Positions 50,137 through 61,964 of a stretch of DNA of 64,000 nucleotides are shown here, piece after piece. The DNA comes from Alphaproteobacteria bacterium (lineage in GTDB: Bacteria > Pseudomonadota > Alphaproteobacteria > GM7ARS4 > G965262615). Made by a program: the position numbers and the translations under genes. The notes below the pieces were generated by a model. That model did no database searches and was not told where the DNA came from. It was given only the letters and a program-made list of their open reading frames with translations. The stretch lies in the NCBI GenBank assembly GCA_965262615.1, contig OZ253545.1:544001-608000 (forward strand). The letters run 5' to 3'. Within the stretch, counting starts at the first letter, position 1; each line of letters opens with the position of its first letter.

Positions 50137-50826
50137 ATGTGGCAGGCAACGGTTCTGACATTGTTTCCAGAGTTTTTTCCGAGCATTTTGGATGCGTCCT
50201 TGCTGGGCGCGGCGCGGCGCAAGAAGCTGTGGAATCTGACGGCGGTGGATGTGCGCGCCTTTGCTCATGATTCTCACGCGTCGGTGGACGACAGACCCTT
50301 TGGCGGCGGGGCGGGGATGGTGCTGCGTGCCGATGTGTTGGATGCGGCGTTGCGTCATCATCATGATTCCTCGCATGGTTTGTATTGTTTGTCACCCCGT
50401 GGACGACTGCTGAATCAATCGTCATTGCAGGCGATGGCGCGCCTTCGCGGCATCACATTATTATGCGGGCGTTATGAGGCTATTGACCAGCGCGTGTTGG
50501 ATCACTGGCGTATTGAAGAGGTGAGCATTGGTGACTATATCTTAGCGGGAGGCGAGGTCGCCGCCATGGTGGTGATTGAAGCCACGGTGCGTCTGCTGGA
50601 TGGCGTGATGGGCAACGCGCACTCTCATACTGAGGAGAGTTTGCAGGGTCACTTGTTGGAATATCCTCACTACACTCAGCCTCTTGTGTATGAGGGACGC
50701 GGTGTGCCTGAGGTTCTGCGATCGGGAAATCACGCCGCAATTCAAGCGTGGCGCAAAAAACAAGCCGAAGACCTCACACGAAAACGCCGTCCAGACCTGT
50801 GGAAAAAGCTAGGAAATTTGCCATAG
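50137..50826 (+). CDS. trmD: tRNA (guanine-N1)-methyltransferase
   Basis: TLFPE, VDDRPFGGGAGMV, CGRYEAID.R, SIGDYILAGGE, LEYPHYT. Confidence 0.96.
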   Translation: MWQATVLTLFPEFFPSILDASLLGAARRKKLWNLTAVDVRAFAHDSHASVDDRPFGGGAGMVLRADVLDAALRHHHDSSHGLYCLSPRGRLLNQSSLQAMARLRGITLLCGRYEAIDQRVLDHWRIEEVSIGDYILAGGEVAAMVVIEATVRLLDGVMGNAHSHTEESLQGHLLEYPHYTQPLVYEGRGVPEVLRSGNHAAIQAWRKKQAEDLTRKRRPDLWKKLGNLP

Positions 50827-51138
50827 AAATTTCCATTTCTGGCTATCCTTTTAACATTTTAGGGATTTATGTATTTTTTATTCTTTCTATTGAACTGCCT
50901 CTAGTTTTATTATACAAAATAGAGGCAATCCATGTGGATTGTAAAACCCCTAATAGAGTAATCCTATGACAACAGAACCCTTTTACCTTGACGGAACTGG
51001 CAAGCATGGGCACGCCATAAAGCAGTTGAACGCAATCTTGCGCGCTGATGCTTTGATGGAATCGGCGCGGGCGGCGCGCTGTTGGCGATAAGAGGCGAGC
51101 GCGTATAGCGTATGATGATGCGTTATATGGGATGGGCT

Positions 51139-51603
51139 ATGAACAAACTTGTGAAGCAATACGAAGAGGGTTTGCGCGCGTCGCTAACCACTGATGTTCC
51201 CGATTTTAGGGCGGGCGATAGTCTTCGGGTGCATGTGAAGGTCACGGAGGGTGAGCGCGAGCGGGTGCAAATCTTTGAGGGCGTTTGCATTGCGCGGCGG
51301 ATGCGGGGAATTCATAGTTCTTTTACGGTGCGGAAGGTATCCTATGGCGAGGGTGTGGAGCGGGTTTTCCCCTTGCACTCGCCGCGCTTGGCATCCATTG
51401 AGGTCGTAAGACTCGGCAAGGTGCGGCGCGCCAAATTGTATTATTTGCGTGGTTTGAGCGGCAGAAAGGCGCGTATTGAAGAGCGCAAAACGCTTGTTGG
51501 CAAAAGCACAAAAGAAGCTGTGCCGTCCAAAACGGAACAGTCCGCCGCGACAGCCGAATCTGCACAGCAGGCGGGCGATGCGAGCGATGCCACAGACCCA
51601 TAA
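51139..51603 (+). CDS. rplS: 50S ribosomal protein L19
   Basis: [32 protein letters not shown]. Confidence 0.96.
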   Translation: MNKLVKQYEEGLRASLTTDVPDFRAGDSLRVHVKVTEGERERVQIFEGVCIARRMRGIHSSFTVRKVSYGEGVERVFPLHSPRLASIEVVRLGKVRRAKLYYLRGLSGRKARIEERKTLVGKSTKEAVPSKTEQSAATAESAQQAGDASDATDP

Positions 51604-53011
51604 ACAAACACTCTATGACAAAATTTGGCAGCGTCATCTGGTGCATGAGTCCGATGACGGCGTGTGCTTGTTGTATATTGACCGCCATCTGATTCATGAG
51701 GTCACCTCGCCGCAGGCTTTTGAGGCATTGCGTCTCTCGGACAGACAGCCGCGCCGCGCAAAAGCAGCACTCGCGGTGGCTGACCACAATGTCCCCACGC
51801 TCTTTAGGCAAAAAGGAATCATTGAGGATGACGAGTCCCGTCTGCAGGTGGAGGCACTGCGGAATAATTGTCAGCAGTATGATATTCGCTATTTTGACAT
51901 GGATGATGCGCGGCGCGGCATTGTCCATGTGATTGGTCCCGAACAAGGATTCACCCAGCCGGGCATGACCATTGTGTGTGGCGATTCTCACACCTCAACG
52001 CATGGTGCGTTTGGGGCATTGGCGTTTGGCATCGGCACATCGGAGGTGGAGCATGTGCTTGCCACGCAAACATTGCGGACGGCTCGCTCACGCAACATGC
52101 GCATCACGGTGACGGGGGCGCGCGCCGATGGCGTGACGGCAAAAGACATTATTCTTGCCATCATTGGCACGATTGGCACGGCGGGCGGCACGGGGCATGT
52201 GATTGAGTATGCGGGCGATTCCATTGGTTCTCTTGATATGGCGGGTCGCATGAGCATTTGTAATATGTCCATTGAGGCGGGGGCGCGAGCGGGACTCATT
52301 GCTCCCGATGCCACCACCGAGCAGTGGATTAAAGGTCGTCCCTTTGCTCCCAACGATGAACAATGGGAAGCGGCGACTTCCTACTGGCGGCAATTGTATT
52401 CCGATGAGGGTGCAGTGTTTGACAACGAAGTGGCTTTGGATGCCACGCAGATTGCCCCACAAGTGACATGGGGAACAACGCCACAGGATGTGGAGTCGGT
52501 CACCGCTCATGTTCCCGATCCTCATCAAGAGGAGAATCCGCAGCGGCGCGCCGCCATGGAGCGCGCTCTGGATTACATGGGACTTCGGGCAGGCATGGCT
52601 CTCACCGACATTGCCATTGACCATGTTTTTATTGGCTCTTGCACCAATGCTCGCTTGGAGGATTTGCGCGCCGCGGCAGAAATTGTGAGAGGTAAGAGGG
52701 TCGATAAAAATGTGGAGAAACGAGCAATAGTAGTACCGGGTTCTGGCTTGGTCAAAGAGCAGGCGGAAAAAGAGGGGTTGGATCGCATCTTTGTCCAAGC
52801 GGGATTTGAGTGGCGCGAGGCGGGATGCTCCATGTGTCTTGCCATGAATCCAGACCGCTTGGGTCCAGGGGAGCGATGTGCCTCCACATCCAATCGCAAC
52901 TTTGAAGGACGACAAGGGCGCGGCGGACGAACCCATCTCATGAGCCCCATCATGGCTGCCGCCGCCGCCATTGATGGACACATCACCGATGTCAGAGAGC
53001 ACTTGTCATAA
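51587..53011 (+). CDS. leuC: 3-isopropylmalate dehydratase large subunit
   Basis: [46 protein letters not shown]. Confidence 0.96.
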   Translation: MPQTHKQTLYDKIWQRHLVHESDDGVCLLYIDRHLIHEVTSPQAFEALRLSDRQPRRAKAALAVADHNVPTLFRQKGIIEDDESRLQVEALRNNCQQYDIRYFDMDDARRGIVHVIGPEQGFTQPGMTIVCGDSHTSTHGAFGALAFGIGTSEVEHVLATQTLRTARSRNMRITVTGARADGVTAKDIILAIIGTIGTAGGTGHVIEYAGDSIGSLDMAGRMSICNMSIEAGARAGLIAPDATTEQWIKGRPFAPNDEQWEAATSYWRQLYSDEGAVFDNEVALDATQIAPQVTWGTTPQDVESVTAHVPDPHQEENPQRRAAMERALDYMGLRAGMALTDIAIDHVFIGSCTNARLEDLRAAAEIVRGKRVDKNVEKRAIVVPGSGLVKEQAEKEGLDRIFVQAGFEWREAGCSMCLAMNPDRLGPGERCASTSNRNFEGRQGRGGRTHLMSPIMAAAAAIDGHITDVREHLS

Positions 53012-53661
53012 TGGAGGCTTTTACGACTCTCACATCTCTTGCCGCGCCTTTGTGGAATCAAAGGACGGACGCGACGCACAATCAGCCGCCCGCATTGCGT
53101 GACAATGTGGATACCGACCTCATCATTCCCAAGCAATTTCTTAAAGTGTTGCAGCGCAAAGGATTGGGGAACGGACTCTTTTATGACTTGCGTCATGATG
53201 ACAAGGGAAACCCAGTCAAAGGCTTTGTGTTGGATGAGCCATGCTACCGAGGCGCGCGCATTTTGTTGGCAGGAGACAATTTCGGCAGTGGCTCATCGCG
53301 CGAGCATGCCGTTTGGTCTTTGGATGATGCGGGATTTCGCTGTGTCATTGCCAGCAGCTTTGCCGATATTTTTTACAATAATTGTTTCAAAAACGGCGTT
53401 TTGCCCATCACGCTGTCACCCGAACAAGTGATTGACTTGGCTGGCTTTGCCGCACACACCCAAGAACCCATCACGGTGGATTTGCCTAAGCAAACGGTGA
53501 CGCGTGCCGATGGTGTCACCTACGATTTCACCATTGAGCCGTTTCGCAAAAAATGTCTCCTAGAGGCTTTGGATGATATAGCTTTGACGAGCGCACACGA
53601 GGCTGCCATCACCGCCTTTGAAAAGACCAATCGCACAGAACTGCCGTGGCTATGGTCGTGA
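53011..53661 (+). CDS. leuD: 3-isopropylmalate dehydratase small subunit
   Basis: [32 protein letters not shown]. Confidence 0.96.
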   Translation: MEAFTTLTSLAAPLWNQRTDATHNQPPALRDNVDTDLIIPKQFLKVLQRKGLGNGLFYDLRHDDKGNPVKGFVLDEPCYRGARILLAGDNFGSGSSREHAVWSLDDAGFRCVIASSFADIFYNNCFKNGVLPITLSPEQVIDLAGFAAHTQEPITVDLPKQTVTRADGVTYDFTIEPFRKKCLLEALDDIALTSAHEAAITAFEKTNRTELPWLWS

Positions 53662-54767
53662 AAAAAGACGGCGCGATTCTTATGCTGGCGGGGGATGGCA
53701 TTGGGGTTGAGGTCATGGCACAAGCGACGCGTGTGTTGCAGTGTTTGAATGAGATGGGCGCGTGTCAGCATCGCTGGCAGCACGAGCTCATCGGTGGGGC
53801 ATCCTACGACCAGCACGGCGAGCCTCTCACTCAAGAGACACTGCGCGCGGCGTGTGCCGCCGATGCCGTCTTGCTGGGCGCAGTGGGAGGCGACCAATGG
53901 AATGACCTCCCCTTTGACAAAAAACCAGAACGCGGTCTATTGGCTTTGCGCAAGGGCATGGAATTATACGCCAATTTGCGTCCCGCGGTGGTTTTTGACC
54001 CATTGGCGAATTCCTCAACTTTGAAAAAAGACATTGTGAAGGGACTGGACATGATGATCATTCGCGAGCTCACAGGCGGCATTTATTTTGGTGAGCCGCG
54101 CGGCATTGAGACTTTGCAAAGCGGCAAAAAAAGAGGCATTAACAGTCTTGTGTATGACTCCGATGAGATTGAACGCATCGGACGCATGGCGTTTGATATT
54201 GCTCGCGTCCGCAAGAAAATTCTTTGCTCGGTGGATAAAGCCAATGTGTTGGAATGCACTCTTTTGTGGCGTGAGGTCATGACCCAATTGGCTGAGGAGT
54301 ATCGGGATGTCACATTGACTCATATGTATGTTGACAATGCGGCGATGCAATTGATTCGCCATCCCGCCCAGTTTGATGTTGTGGTGACCACCAACATGTT
54401 TGGCGACATTCTCTCTGATGCGGCGGCGATGCTGACGGGCTCATTGGGCATGTTGCCGTCGGCATCTTTGGGCGCGGCGCAGGAGGGCAACAAACGACTC
54501 GGGCTCTATGAGCCGGTGCATGGCAGTGCCCCCGACATTGCCGGTTTGAATAAAGCCAATCCTCTTGCCATGATTCTCAGTGTTGCCATGATGCTGCGCT
54601 GGTCATTTGCCGATGAAGGCGCGGCGCGCGCGGTGGAACTCGCCGTTGCCGATGTGCTGCGCGCTGGGCATCGCACGCACGATCTCATTCATGAGGGTGA
54701 TGCCACCGCCTGTTCCACTTCGGACATGGGGGCTCATGTGTGTCGCGCCCTCACACAAAGATTATGA
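53652..54767 (+). CDS. leuB: 3-isopropylmalate dehydrogenase
   Basis: [47 protein letters not shown]. Confidence 0.96.
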   Translation: MVVKKDGAILMLAGDGIGVEVMAQATRVLQCLNEMGACQHRWQHELIGGASYDQHGEPLTQETLRAACAADAVLLGAVGGDQWNDLPFDKKPERGLLALRKGMELYANLRPAVVFDPLANSSTLKKDIVKGLDMMIIRELTGGIYFGEPRGIETLQSGKKRGINSLVYDSDEIERIGRMAFDIARVRKKILCSVDKANVLECTLLWREVMTQLAEEYRDVTLTHMYVDNAAMQLIRHPAQFDVVVTTNMFGDILSDAAAMLTGSLGMLPSASLGAAQEGNKRLGLYEPVHGSAPDIAGLNKANPLAMILSVAMMLRWSFADEGAARAVELAVADVLRAGHRTHDLIHEGDATACSTSDMGAHVCRALTQRL

Positions 54768-55789
54768 CGGACACGAAAGGCATCAGTCTGGCTGTGGTGG
54801 GGGCGACAGGCAATGTGGGGCGAGAGATTATTGCCATTGTGCAAGAGAGACAATTGCCCTATCGCCAGCTGTATGCGGTGGCTTCGGCAAAATCGGCGGG
54901 CAGCACCATTCCATTAGAATCGGGCGGCGCGGCGGTGGTGGAGGATTTAGCGTCCTTTGATTTTAGCAAGGCGGATGTGGTGTTGGCATCGGCGGGCGGC
55001 GCGGTGGCGGCGGAATTTGCTCCCAAAGCCGTCCAGCAAGGCGCAGTGGTGATTGATAACTCATCTCATTTTCGCATGGAACAGGATGTGCCTCTCATTG
55101 TGCCCGAGGTCAATGGCGATGATGTGCAGAGATGCGCGCGCGGAATTATTGCCAATCCCAATTGTTCCACCATTCAGATGGTGGTGCTGCTGCACCATTT
55201 GCTTACCTTGTCGGACATTGAGCATCTATCGGTGGCGACCTATCAGTCGGTTTCGGGGGCGGGGCGCGCCGCCATGGACGAATTGTTTGAGCAAACATCC
55301 GCCATCTATAACAATCAACCCATTGAGCGCGCTCATTTTACCAAACAGATTGCGTTTAATGTCATTCCCCATATTGATGTCTTCATGGAGGACGGCAGCA
55401 CCCGTGAGGAGTGGAAGATGGTGGCAGAGACGCAAAAAATTCTGGCGCGTTCCATTTCCATGATGGCAAGCTGCGTGCGCGTGCCGGTCTTTGTGGGACA
55501 CGGTGAGGCGATTCACATTGTTTTTCGCCATGAGGTGGATGAGGATGATGTGCGCCGCGTGCTGAGCAATGCCGCCAATGTGGCGGTGGTGGATCATCGG
55601 GTGGATGAGGGCTATGTGACACCCCTTGAGGCGGCGGGCGAGGATGCCATTTATGTGAGCCGCATTCGCCAAAACCCCAATGACCGCCGCATGGTGGCAC
55701 TGTGGTGTGTCGCCGACAATCTGCGCAAAGGTGCAGCCCTCAATGCCGTACAAATCGCCGAAAACTGGATTAAGCAAAAATGGGGGTGA
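54764..55789 (+). CDS. asd: Aspartate-semialdehyde dehydrogenase
   Basis: [44 protein letters not shown]. Confidence 0.96.
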   Translation: MTDTKGISLAVVGATGNVGREIIAIVQERQLPYRQLYAVASAKSAGSTIPLESGGAAVVEDLASFDFSKADVVLASAGGAVAAEFAPKAVQQGAVVIDNSSHFRMEQDVPLIVPEVNGDDVQRCARGIIANPNCSTIQMVVLLHHLLTLSDIEHLSVATYQSVSGAGRAAMDELFEQTSAIYNNQPIERAHFTKQIAFNVIPHIDVFMEDGSTREEWKMVAETQKILARSISMMASCVRVPVFVGHGEAIHIVFRHEVDEDDVRRVLSNAANVAVVDHRVDEGYVTPLEAAGEDAIYVSRIRQNPNDRRMVALWCVADNLRKGAALNAVQIAENWIKQKWG

Positions 55790-55816
55790 TAACCGCTATG
55801 CCTCTTTGAAGGCTTT

Positions 55817-57559
55817 TTAGCTGGGTAATCCCTGCTTCGTTGCACTTGTCGCAACAGCCACAATGGCATCCAATTTTTCTTTAATTTCATCGTCAATTTC
55901 ATCCTTTGGGATATAGTCCACTAATTCGCAAAATTTATTCTTTTGCATAGTCATCCTAGATATGTTATAATCAACTGAGTAGCACTTGAACACGGGGGCG
56001 AGAAAATCACGACTCGCTTTTATGTCATCGCTCCACGGGCTAGGTTTATCTGATTTTTCCAGCTCGTCTGAGATTTTGGAGATGGCTTTTTCCATAGCCT
56101 CTTTTCTTTTCTCCTTCTCTTGTAAGTCAAAAAGCGGAGCTTCTTCTTCCACCTGTCTGATAGCATAAGCTATGAGCGTTTTTCTCGTACATAGGTAATT
56201 TTCAATTTCTCTTTTTTTCCACATAAGACAGCGAAACGAATCACTTTTTATATCAGTTTCCAGACGGTCAAATAAAGCGATGGCTTCAAGGTCTGGGAAT
56301 GCTTCTTTCAATCCATGATAGTGATCCTTTGCAAGCTTGGGTTGATTGCCGACATAATGGACAAAAACTTTGCTTAATACTTTCATTGCTTCGTTATGTT
56401 GAAGCCGACTTGCAAAAGTCCGTAGAATTTCCCTGTCGGTTGCTCCTTCAAGATACAACACCCATCCCATCTTTTCAGCTTGGAAGTAATCTGCAGAATT
56501 AATGCTAGCCAGTGCTTTTTTCATCTGACTTTTATCTTTTACTGTTAGAGTGTGAGGATTATCCCCTGTGAATGCAATAGCAATGTGTGCGCCAACCGCT
56601 TCCTCTAACAGCACTTCTGAATGACTGGCTGCGATGATTTGGCTTCCGTTACTTTTGGCAATTTTTGTTATGACATCATAATTTTCACGCTGGCGAATGA
56701 TTTCAAGATGTGCGTCAGGTTCATCCAACATGACAATCGCATTTGGATTGGCTTTCATATAAGCCAAAATTAACAGGGTTTGTTGTAGCCCGCGTCCACT
56801 GGATGATAAGTCTAAATCGGTATTATTTTCGCTGTAAGCCATTGTAATTTCTCCTCGCTCGCGAATATGTTGAGGCTCTTTAATTTTGACCTGAAAAAGA
56901 GCCTCCATTTCTTCTGTTACCGACTTCCACTCATTTGGTTTTTCCTCTGCAAGTTGCAAACAAAGATTGCGCAAAACTTCAGCCGTGCGCCCCTCACCAA
57001 TTCTGACATTGACTGCCCCACTATCAATTTTTGTCTCAACCGCCACCAGTCCCGACATGGGAGGCAAGAATGCTATATTCAATTCTTTTGCTTCATCTGG
57101 AACGAGCATATGCTCTTTCCCAGCGTCATCGGTTCGTAAAGGGCGACAGTAAAAGCTTTCTGGATTGAAAAAATCAAATTCCATTCCACATTTCCAAGGG
57201 ATATCATTGGCTTCTCCATCCACAGTGACTTCAATACGCACATTTTTTGTTTTTTGCCTTCCACTTTCCCTTGATACATCCCGCGTGTGAAGATTATTCC
57301 AAAGCAAATTAGATGCTGGATTAGGGATTGCAAAAAGGTCTTTCCTATTAACCGCAACTCCCCGCCCTTTTTTTGCTTTTGAATCTGTTGAACGCTTTGC
57401 TGTCCAGCATTTCAAACCAACATTCCACAAATAGATTGCTTGCATCGCTGATGTTTTGCCAGAATTATTGGGACCCACAAAAACAACTGGATTGCCCAGT
57501 TCAATTTCCACTTTACTCTTGAACCTTTTGAAATTTTGTATTGTGAGCTTGGTCAGCAT
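55817..57559 (-). CDS. ABC/AAA ATPase fused to a TOPRIM-like domain (OLD-family-like ATP-dependent nuclease)
   Basis: Walker A GPNNSGKT, signature LSSSGRG, Walker B LDEPDAHL, H-switch ASHS. C-terminal LEGATD, LFDR, REIENYL. AT-rich and opposite in orientation to its neighbours. Confidence 0.78.
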   Translation of the reverse strand: MLTKLTIQNFKRFKSKVEIELGNPVVFVGPNNSGKTSAMQAIYLWNVGLKCWTAKRSTDSKAKKGRGVAVNRKDLFAIPNPASNLLWNNLHTRDVSRESGRQKTKNVRIEVTVDGEANDIPWKCGMEFDFFNPESFYCRPLRTDDAGKEHMLVPDEAKELNIAFLPPMSGLVAVETKIDSGAVNVRIGEGRTAEVLRNLCLQLAEEKPNEWKSVTEEMEALFQVKIKEPQHIRERGEITMAYSENNTDLDLSSSGRGLQQTLLILAYMKANPNAIVMLDEPDAHLEIIRQRENYDVITKIAKSNGSQIIAASHSEVLLEEAVGAHIAIAFTGDNPHTLTVKDKSQMKKALASINSADYFQAEKMGWVLYLEGATDREILRTFASRLQHNEAMKVLSKVFVHYVGNQPKLAKDHYHGLKEAFPDLEAIALFDRLETDIKSDSFRCLMWKKREIENYLCTRKTLIAYAIRQVEEEAPLFDLQEKEKRKEAMEKAISKISDELEKSDKPSPWSDDIKASRDFLAPVFKCYSVDYNISRMTMQKNKFCELVDYIPKDEIDDEIKEKLDAIVAVATSATKQGLPS

Positions 57560-57659
57560 TTTCAAACTATCGCACATATTTCATAAATGGACAACGCCAT
57601 TCCACCGATTAATCATTATGACCTTGCGAGGGGACGGTCATCTTGCTAGAAGGTCATCC

Positions 57660-58703
57660 ATGAAAAACTTTCCCAGTCGTTTTTTTGAAGATTATCATCC
57701 CCAATTGGAGATTGACCACTGCGTGCCGCGCACCATCACTGCGGGCGATGTGGCTCTCTATATGGCGGTGACGGGCAGTCGCTTTGCCCTGCACAGCAGC
57801 GAGCCATTGGCACAGGCGATGGGATTTGCCGCCATGCCGGTGGAGGATATTTTGGTGTTTCACATTGCGTTTGGACGCACCGTGCCGGATTTATCTCTCA
57901 ATGCCATTGCCAATTTGGGCTACGGCGAATGTGTCTTTGGTGCGCCTGTTTTTGTGGGCGATACCATCACGGCGCGCTCTGTCATCACGGGGGTGAAGGA
58001 AAACTCCAATGGCAAAACGGGAACGGTGTGGGTTCATTCCACCGCCACCAATCAAAGGGGTGCGATGGTGCTGGACTATCATCGCTGGCTCATGATGCGT
58101 AAAAAAGATGCGCGCGCAAAGCCGCCGCAAACGGTGATTCCATCCCTTGCCTCCCATGTGTCTCATGACAAATTCGTTCTGCCCCAGACGCTGAAACCGC
58201 ACTGGAACACCACCGCCAGTGGCTCGAAGGCTCTGTGGGATGATTATGACATCGGCGAGACCATTCATCATCAGGATGGACAGACCATTGAGGAGGCGGA
58301 GCATCAGATGGTGACGCGTTTGTATCAAAACAATGCGCGCGTGCATTTTAATCAGCATGTGGAAAAAGACGGACGCTTCGGGCGGCGCATCATTTACGGC
58401 GGGCATGTGATTTCTCTGGCGCGAGCTCTGTCGTGCAATGGTCTTGCCAATGGGTGGCGGGTGGCAGCCATTCATGGCGGACGCCACAGCGCGCCCACTT
58501 TTGCAGGCGACACCCTCTATGGATGGTCGTCCATTGAGGACAAACAGCCTCTGAATGACCACTGGGGAGCATTGCGCGTGCGCACCATTGTTGCTAAAAA
58601 TGACGACACAATGATCTTCCCCGCTCGTGATGATCAAAAATGGAAGGAATCCATCGTTTTGGATTTAGACTACAGCGTCCTCATGGCGCGAACGGCGGCG
58701 TGA
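57660..58703 (+). CDS. mch: Mesaconyl-CoA hydratase (double MaoC domain)
   Basis: RFFEDY...H.VPRTIT.GD.ALY..TGSRFAL.SS, VPDLSLNAIANLGY, YQNNARVHF, IYGGHVISLARALS.NGL. Confidence 0.8.
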   Translation: MKNFPSRFFEDYHPQLEIDHCVPRTITAGDVALYMAVTGSRFALHSSEPLAQAMGFAAMPVEDILVFHIAFGRTVPDLSLNAIANLGYGECVFGAPVFVGDTITARSVITGVKENSNGKTGTVWVHSTATNQRGAMVLDYHRWLMMRKKDARAKPPQTVIPSLASHVSHDKFVLPQTLKPHWNTTASGSKALWDDYDIGETIHHQDGQTIEEAEHQMVTRLYQNNARVHFNQHVEKDGRFGRRIIYGGHVISLARALSCNGLANGWRVAAIHGGRHSAPTFAGDTLYGWSSIEDKQPLNDHWGALRVRTIVAKNDDTMIFPARDDQKWKESIVLDLDYSVLMARTAA

Positions 58704-59071
58704 TGATTGATTTTCGCCGTCCCCTGTCCCCTCACTTGCAGATTTATAAGCCGCAGCTGACTTCGGTGCTTTCCATCACCCACCGCATGAGCGGCATGGT
58801 GCTGGGCAAGGGCGCGGGATTGCTCACCATTTGGTTGCTGCTTGTTGCCTTTGCTCCCATGACGGCACAGTGGATTTTAGACTATCAGGAGACATTGGTC
58901 TTTCGTTTGGTGGTGGGCGTGTTTGTCTGGGCACTGATGTATCACGGCTTGAACGGAGTGCGTCATTTGTTTTGGGATTGGGGCAGAGGATTTGAATTGG
59001 GAACGGCAATGGTCACGGGATGGCTGGTGTTGCTCACATCGCTGGCTGCCACCGCATGGGTGATGCTATGA
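58703..59071 (+). CDS. sdhC: Succinate dehydrogenase cytochrome b556 subunit
   Basis: RPLSPHLQIYKPQLTSVLSITHR, HGLNGVRHL.WD. Confidence 0.95.
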   Translation: MIDFRRPLSPHLQIYKPQLTSVLSITHRMSGMVLGKGAGLLTIWLLLVAFAPMTAQWILDYQETLVFRLVVGVFVWALMYHGLNGVRHLFWDWGRGFELGTAMVTGWLVLLTSLAATAWVML

Positions 59072-59394
59072 GCGGCGGGCGGCGGCACTGGATTGCCCAA
59101 AGGGTGAGCGCAATTGCATTGCTGTTCTTGATTGTGGCGATGGCATCGGATTTGCCGTCTTTGTCTTCGGTGATGGCATGGCGGGCGTGGCTTGCGTCTG
59201 TGGAGTGGGGCGGCGCAATGATGGCATTGCTTGTGTTGGTGTGGTGGCACTGGCAGCTGGGAATGAGGGTGATTGTGGATGACTATGTGTCCGGTTCCTT
59301 TCTTCCTGTGGTGCGGCGATTGGTGGAGGCAACGGCGGTGATTTCTGCCTTGCTGGGTGTCACGGCGGTGATGGCGATCATGATGGGGGTGTGA
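59068..59394 (+). CDS. sdhD: Succinate dehydrogenase membrane anchor
   Basis: [21 protein letters not shown]. Confidence 0.92.
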   Translation: MSGGRRHWIAQRVSAIALLFLIVAMASDLPSLSSVMAWRAWLASVEWGGAMMALLVLVWWHWQLGMRVIVDDYVSGSFLPVVRRLVEATAVISALLGVTAVMAIMMGV

Positions 59395-59395
59395 T

Positions 59396-61174
59396 GTGAC
59401 GGCATATCCATTGGTGCAACATGAATATGATGTGGTGGTGGTGGGCGCGGGAGGCTCGGGATTGCGCTGTGTCATGGGCGCGTCTGAAAAGGGACTCAAA
59501 GTCGCGTGTCTTTCTAAAGTTTTTCCCACCCGCAGTCATACGGTGGCGGCACAAGGAGGCATCAGTGCCGCGCTGGGTAACATGGGAGAGGATGACTGGC
59601 GATGGCACATGTATGACACCGTCAAAGGGTCTGATTGGCTTGGTGACCAAGATGCCATCGCCTTCATGTGTGAGCAAGCACCTCAAGCCGTCATTGAGTT
59701 GGAGCATCTGGGCGTGCCGTTTTCTCGCACCGAGGAGGGAACGATTTATCAACGAGCCTTTGGAGGCATGACAACGCACTTTGGCGAAGGACAGGCGGTA
59801 CGCACATGTGCCGCCGCCGATCGCACGGGACACGCCATTTTGCATAGTCTCTATCAGCAATCTCTTAATCATCGGGCGGATTTCTTTCATGAATTTTTCG
59901 TGCTGGATCTTTTGATGGTGGAGGGTGAGTGTCGTGGCGTGCTGGCGTGGTCACTGGAGCAGGGGGATTTGCATCTTTTTAAGGCGCACGGCACGGTCTT
60001 GGCGACAGGCGGATATGGACGCTGTTACTTCTCATGCACATCGGCTCATATTTGCACAGGCGATGGCGGCGGCATGGTGGCGCGACAGGGATTGCCTTTG
60101 CAGGATATGGAATTTATTCAATTTCACCCCACAGGTGTCTATGGCGCAGGGGTTTTAATCAGCGAGGGGGCGCGCGGCGAGGGCGGTTTTCTCACCAATA
60201 ATAAAGGTGAGCGATTTATGGAGACTTATGCTCCGCACGCATTGGATTTGGCATCACGCGATGTGGTCTCGCGCGCCATCACCATTGAGATGGAAGAAGG
60301 GCGCGGTTGTGGCGCGACGGGCGATTATATGCATCTCAATTTGAGCCATCTGTCCTCATCGGTGCTCAAGGAGCGGTTGCCTGGCATTTCTGAGATCGCT
60401 CGCGTTTTTGGCGGCGTGGATGTGAGCAAAGAACCCATTCCCATTCAGCCCACCGTTCATTACAACATGGGCGGCATTCCCACCAATATCACGGGGCAGG
60501 TTTTGGCATCGGGGGATAAGGATAATATTGTGCCTCAATTGTGGGCTTTGGGGGAGGCGGCGTGTGTGTCGGTGCATGGTGCTAATCGCTTGGGATCCAA
60601 TTCGTTGCTGGATTTGGTGGTCTTTGGCAAAGCCGCCGCCGACCAACTGGCAACCGTCATCAAAAAAGACACAAAGAAAAAAAATGTGCCACAAAAAAAT
60701 GTTGATGAAGCTCTTGCGCGCTTTGACCGTATTCGTCATGGCAAAGGTGAGCAATCCACCGCCCAATTACGGACGCATATGCAGCGCATCATGCAAAAAC
60801 ATTGTCCCGTTTATCGTGATGAGGAAACCATGAAGGAAGGAATCACACAACTTGACCAGTTGGCGCGCAGCTCCGATGCCATTGCCCTCAAGGATCGCTC
60901 TCTCATCTGGAATTCCGATTTGATGGAGGCATTGGAGTATTTGAATCTTTTGCCTCAAGCACTGACATCACTCCATTCGGCGTATCAGCGCACTGAGAGT
61001 CGTGGCGCACACGCCCGCAAGGATTTTCCAAAGCGCGATGATGACCAATGGCTCTGTCACACACTGGCGTGGTGCGATGACAAGGCGCAGCTGCGATTTG
61101 CCAAGAGAAATGTCACTCTTGACCCACAGCATAGGGATATGGCATCCATTCCTCTCAAGCAGCGAGTTTATTAA
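59396..61174 (+). CDS. sdhA: Succinate dehydrogenase flavoprotein
   Basis: [33 protein letters not shown]. Confidence 0.97.
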   Translation: MTAYPLVQHEYDVVVVGAGGSGLRCVMGASEKGLKVACLSKVFPTRSHTVAAQGGISAALGNMGEDDWRWHMYDTVKGSDWLGDQDAIAFMCEQAPQAVIELEHLGVPFSRTEEGTIYQRAFGGMTTHFGEGQAVRTCAAADRTGHAILHSLYQQSLNHRADFFHEFFVLDLLMVEGECRGVLAWSLEQGDLHLFKAHGTVLATGGYGRCYFSCTSAHICTGDGGGMVARQGLPLQDMEFIQFHPTGVYGAGVLISEGARGEGGFLTNNKGERFMETYAPHALDLASRDVVSRAITIEMEEGRGCGATGDYMHLNLSHLSSSVLKERLPGISEIARVFGGVDVSKEPIPIQPTVHYNMGGIPTNITGQVLASGDKDNIVPQLWALGEAACVSVHGANRLGSNSLLDLVVFGKAAADQLATVIKKDTKKKNVPQKNVDEALARFDRIRHGKGEQSTAQLRTHMQRIMQKHCPVYRDEETMKEGITQLDQLARSSDAIALKDRSLIWNSDLMEALEYLNLLPQALTSLHSAYQRTESRGAHARKDFPKRDDDQWLCHTLAWCDDKAQLRFAKRNVTLDPQHRDMASIPLKQRVY

Positions 61175-61187
61175 GGAGCGCGACATT

Positions 61188-61964
61188 ATGGTGCAATTGC
61201 GATTGCCCCCGCAAGATCGGGTGACCAAAGGAAACCATCATCACCAAAGCGGCATCAAGCGGCAGCAGGTGATTCATGTCTATCGCTATGACCCCAGCCA
61301 ACAAGACCAGCCGCCACGCATGGACTCCTACACCATTGATGCCGACAAGGTGGGTCCCATGATTCTGGACGCACTCATTTATATCAAAGACCACATTGAT
61401 TCGTCCGTCACCTTTCGCCGTTCGTGTCGTGAGGGCATTTGTGGCTCGTGTGCCATGAACATGAATGGGGTCAATGGATTGGCATGTTTGACACCGCGTC
61501 ACAAGCAAAAGAACATTCATATTTATCCCTTGCCTCACCAGCCCGTGATTAAGGACTTGGTATCGGATTTGACCAATTTCTATCGTCAGTATAGCAAGGT
61601 GCGTCCGTGGCTCATCAATGATGACAAAAAGCCCGCCAAAGAACGATTACAGACACCCGAGCAAAGAGCCGCCATAGAAGGACTCTATGAGTGTGTGTTG
61701 TGTGCGTGTTGTTCCACTTCGTGTCCCAGCTATTGGTGGAATGGCGACCGATTTTTGGGACCTGCGGCATTGTTGCAATCCTATCGCTTTATTGCCGACA
61801 GCCGTGACACCCGCACGCAGGAACGCCTTCGTCAATTGGATGATGACTTTGCTCTGTATCGCTGTCACACCATCATGAATTGTGTGACGGCGTGTCCGAA
61901 GGGTTTGAATCCGTCACGGGCGATTGCCATGATTAAGAAAAAGATCGCATCTCAAGGCACATGA
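61188..61964 (+). CDS. sdhB: Succinate dehydrogenase iron-sulfur subunit
   Basis: [34 protein letters not shown]...CPK. Confidence 0.97.
   Translation: MVQLRLPPQDRVTKGNHHHQSGIKRQQVIHVYRYDPSQQDQPPRMDSYTIDADKVGPMILDALIYIKDHIDSSVTFRRSCREGICGSCAMNMNGVNGLACLTPRHKQKNIHIYPLPHQPVIKDLVSDLTNFYRQYSKVRPWLINDDKKPAKERLQTPEQRAAIEGLYECVLCACCSTSCPSYWWNGDRFLGPAALLQSYRFIADSRDTRTQERLRQLDDDFALYRCHTIMNCVTACPKGLNPSRAIAMIKKKIASQGT

Noticed and set aside
57660-58703. mch upstream of sdhCDAB as an unusual operon
   Set aside because: Mesaconyl-CoA hydratase genes near TCA-cycle clusters are known in ethylmalonyl-CoA-pathway Alphaproteobacteria.
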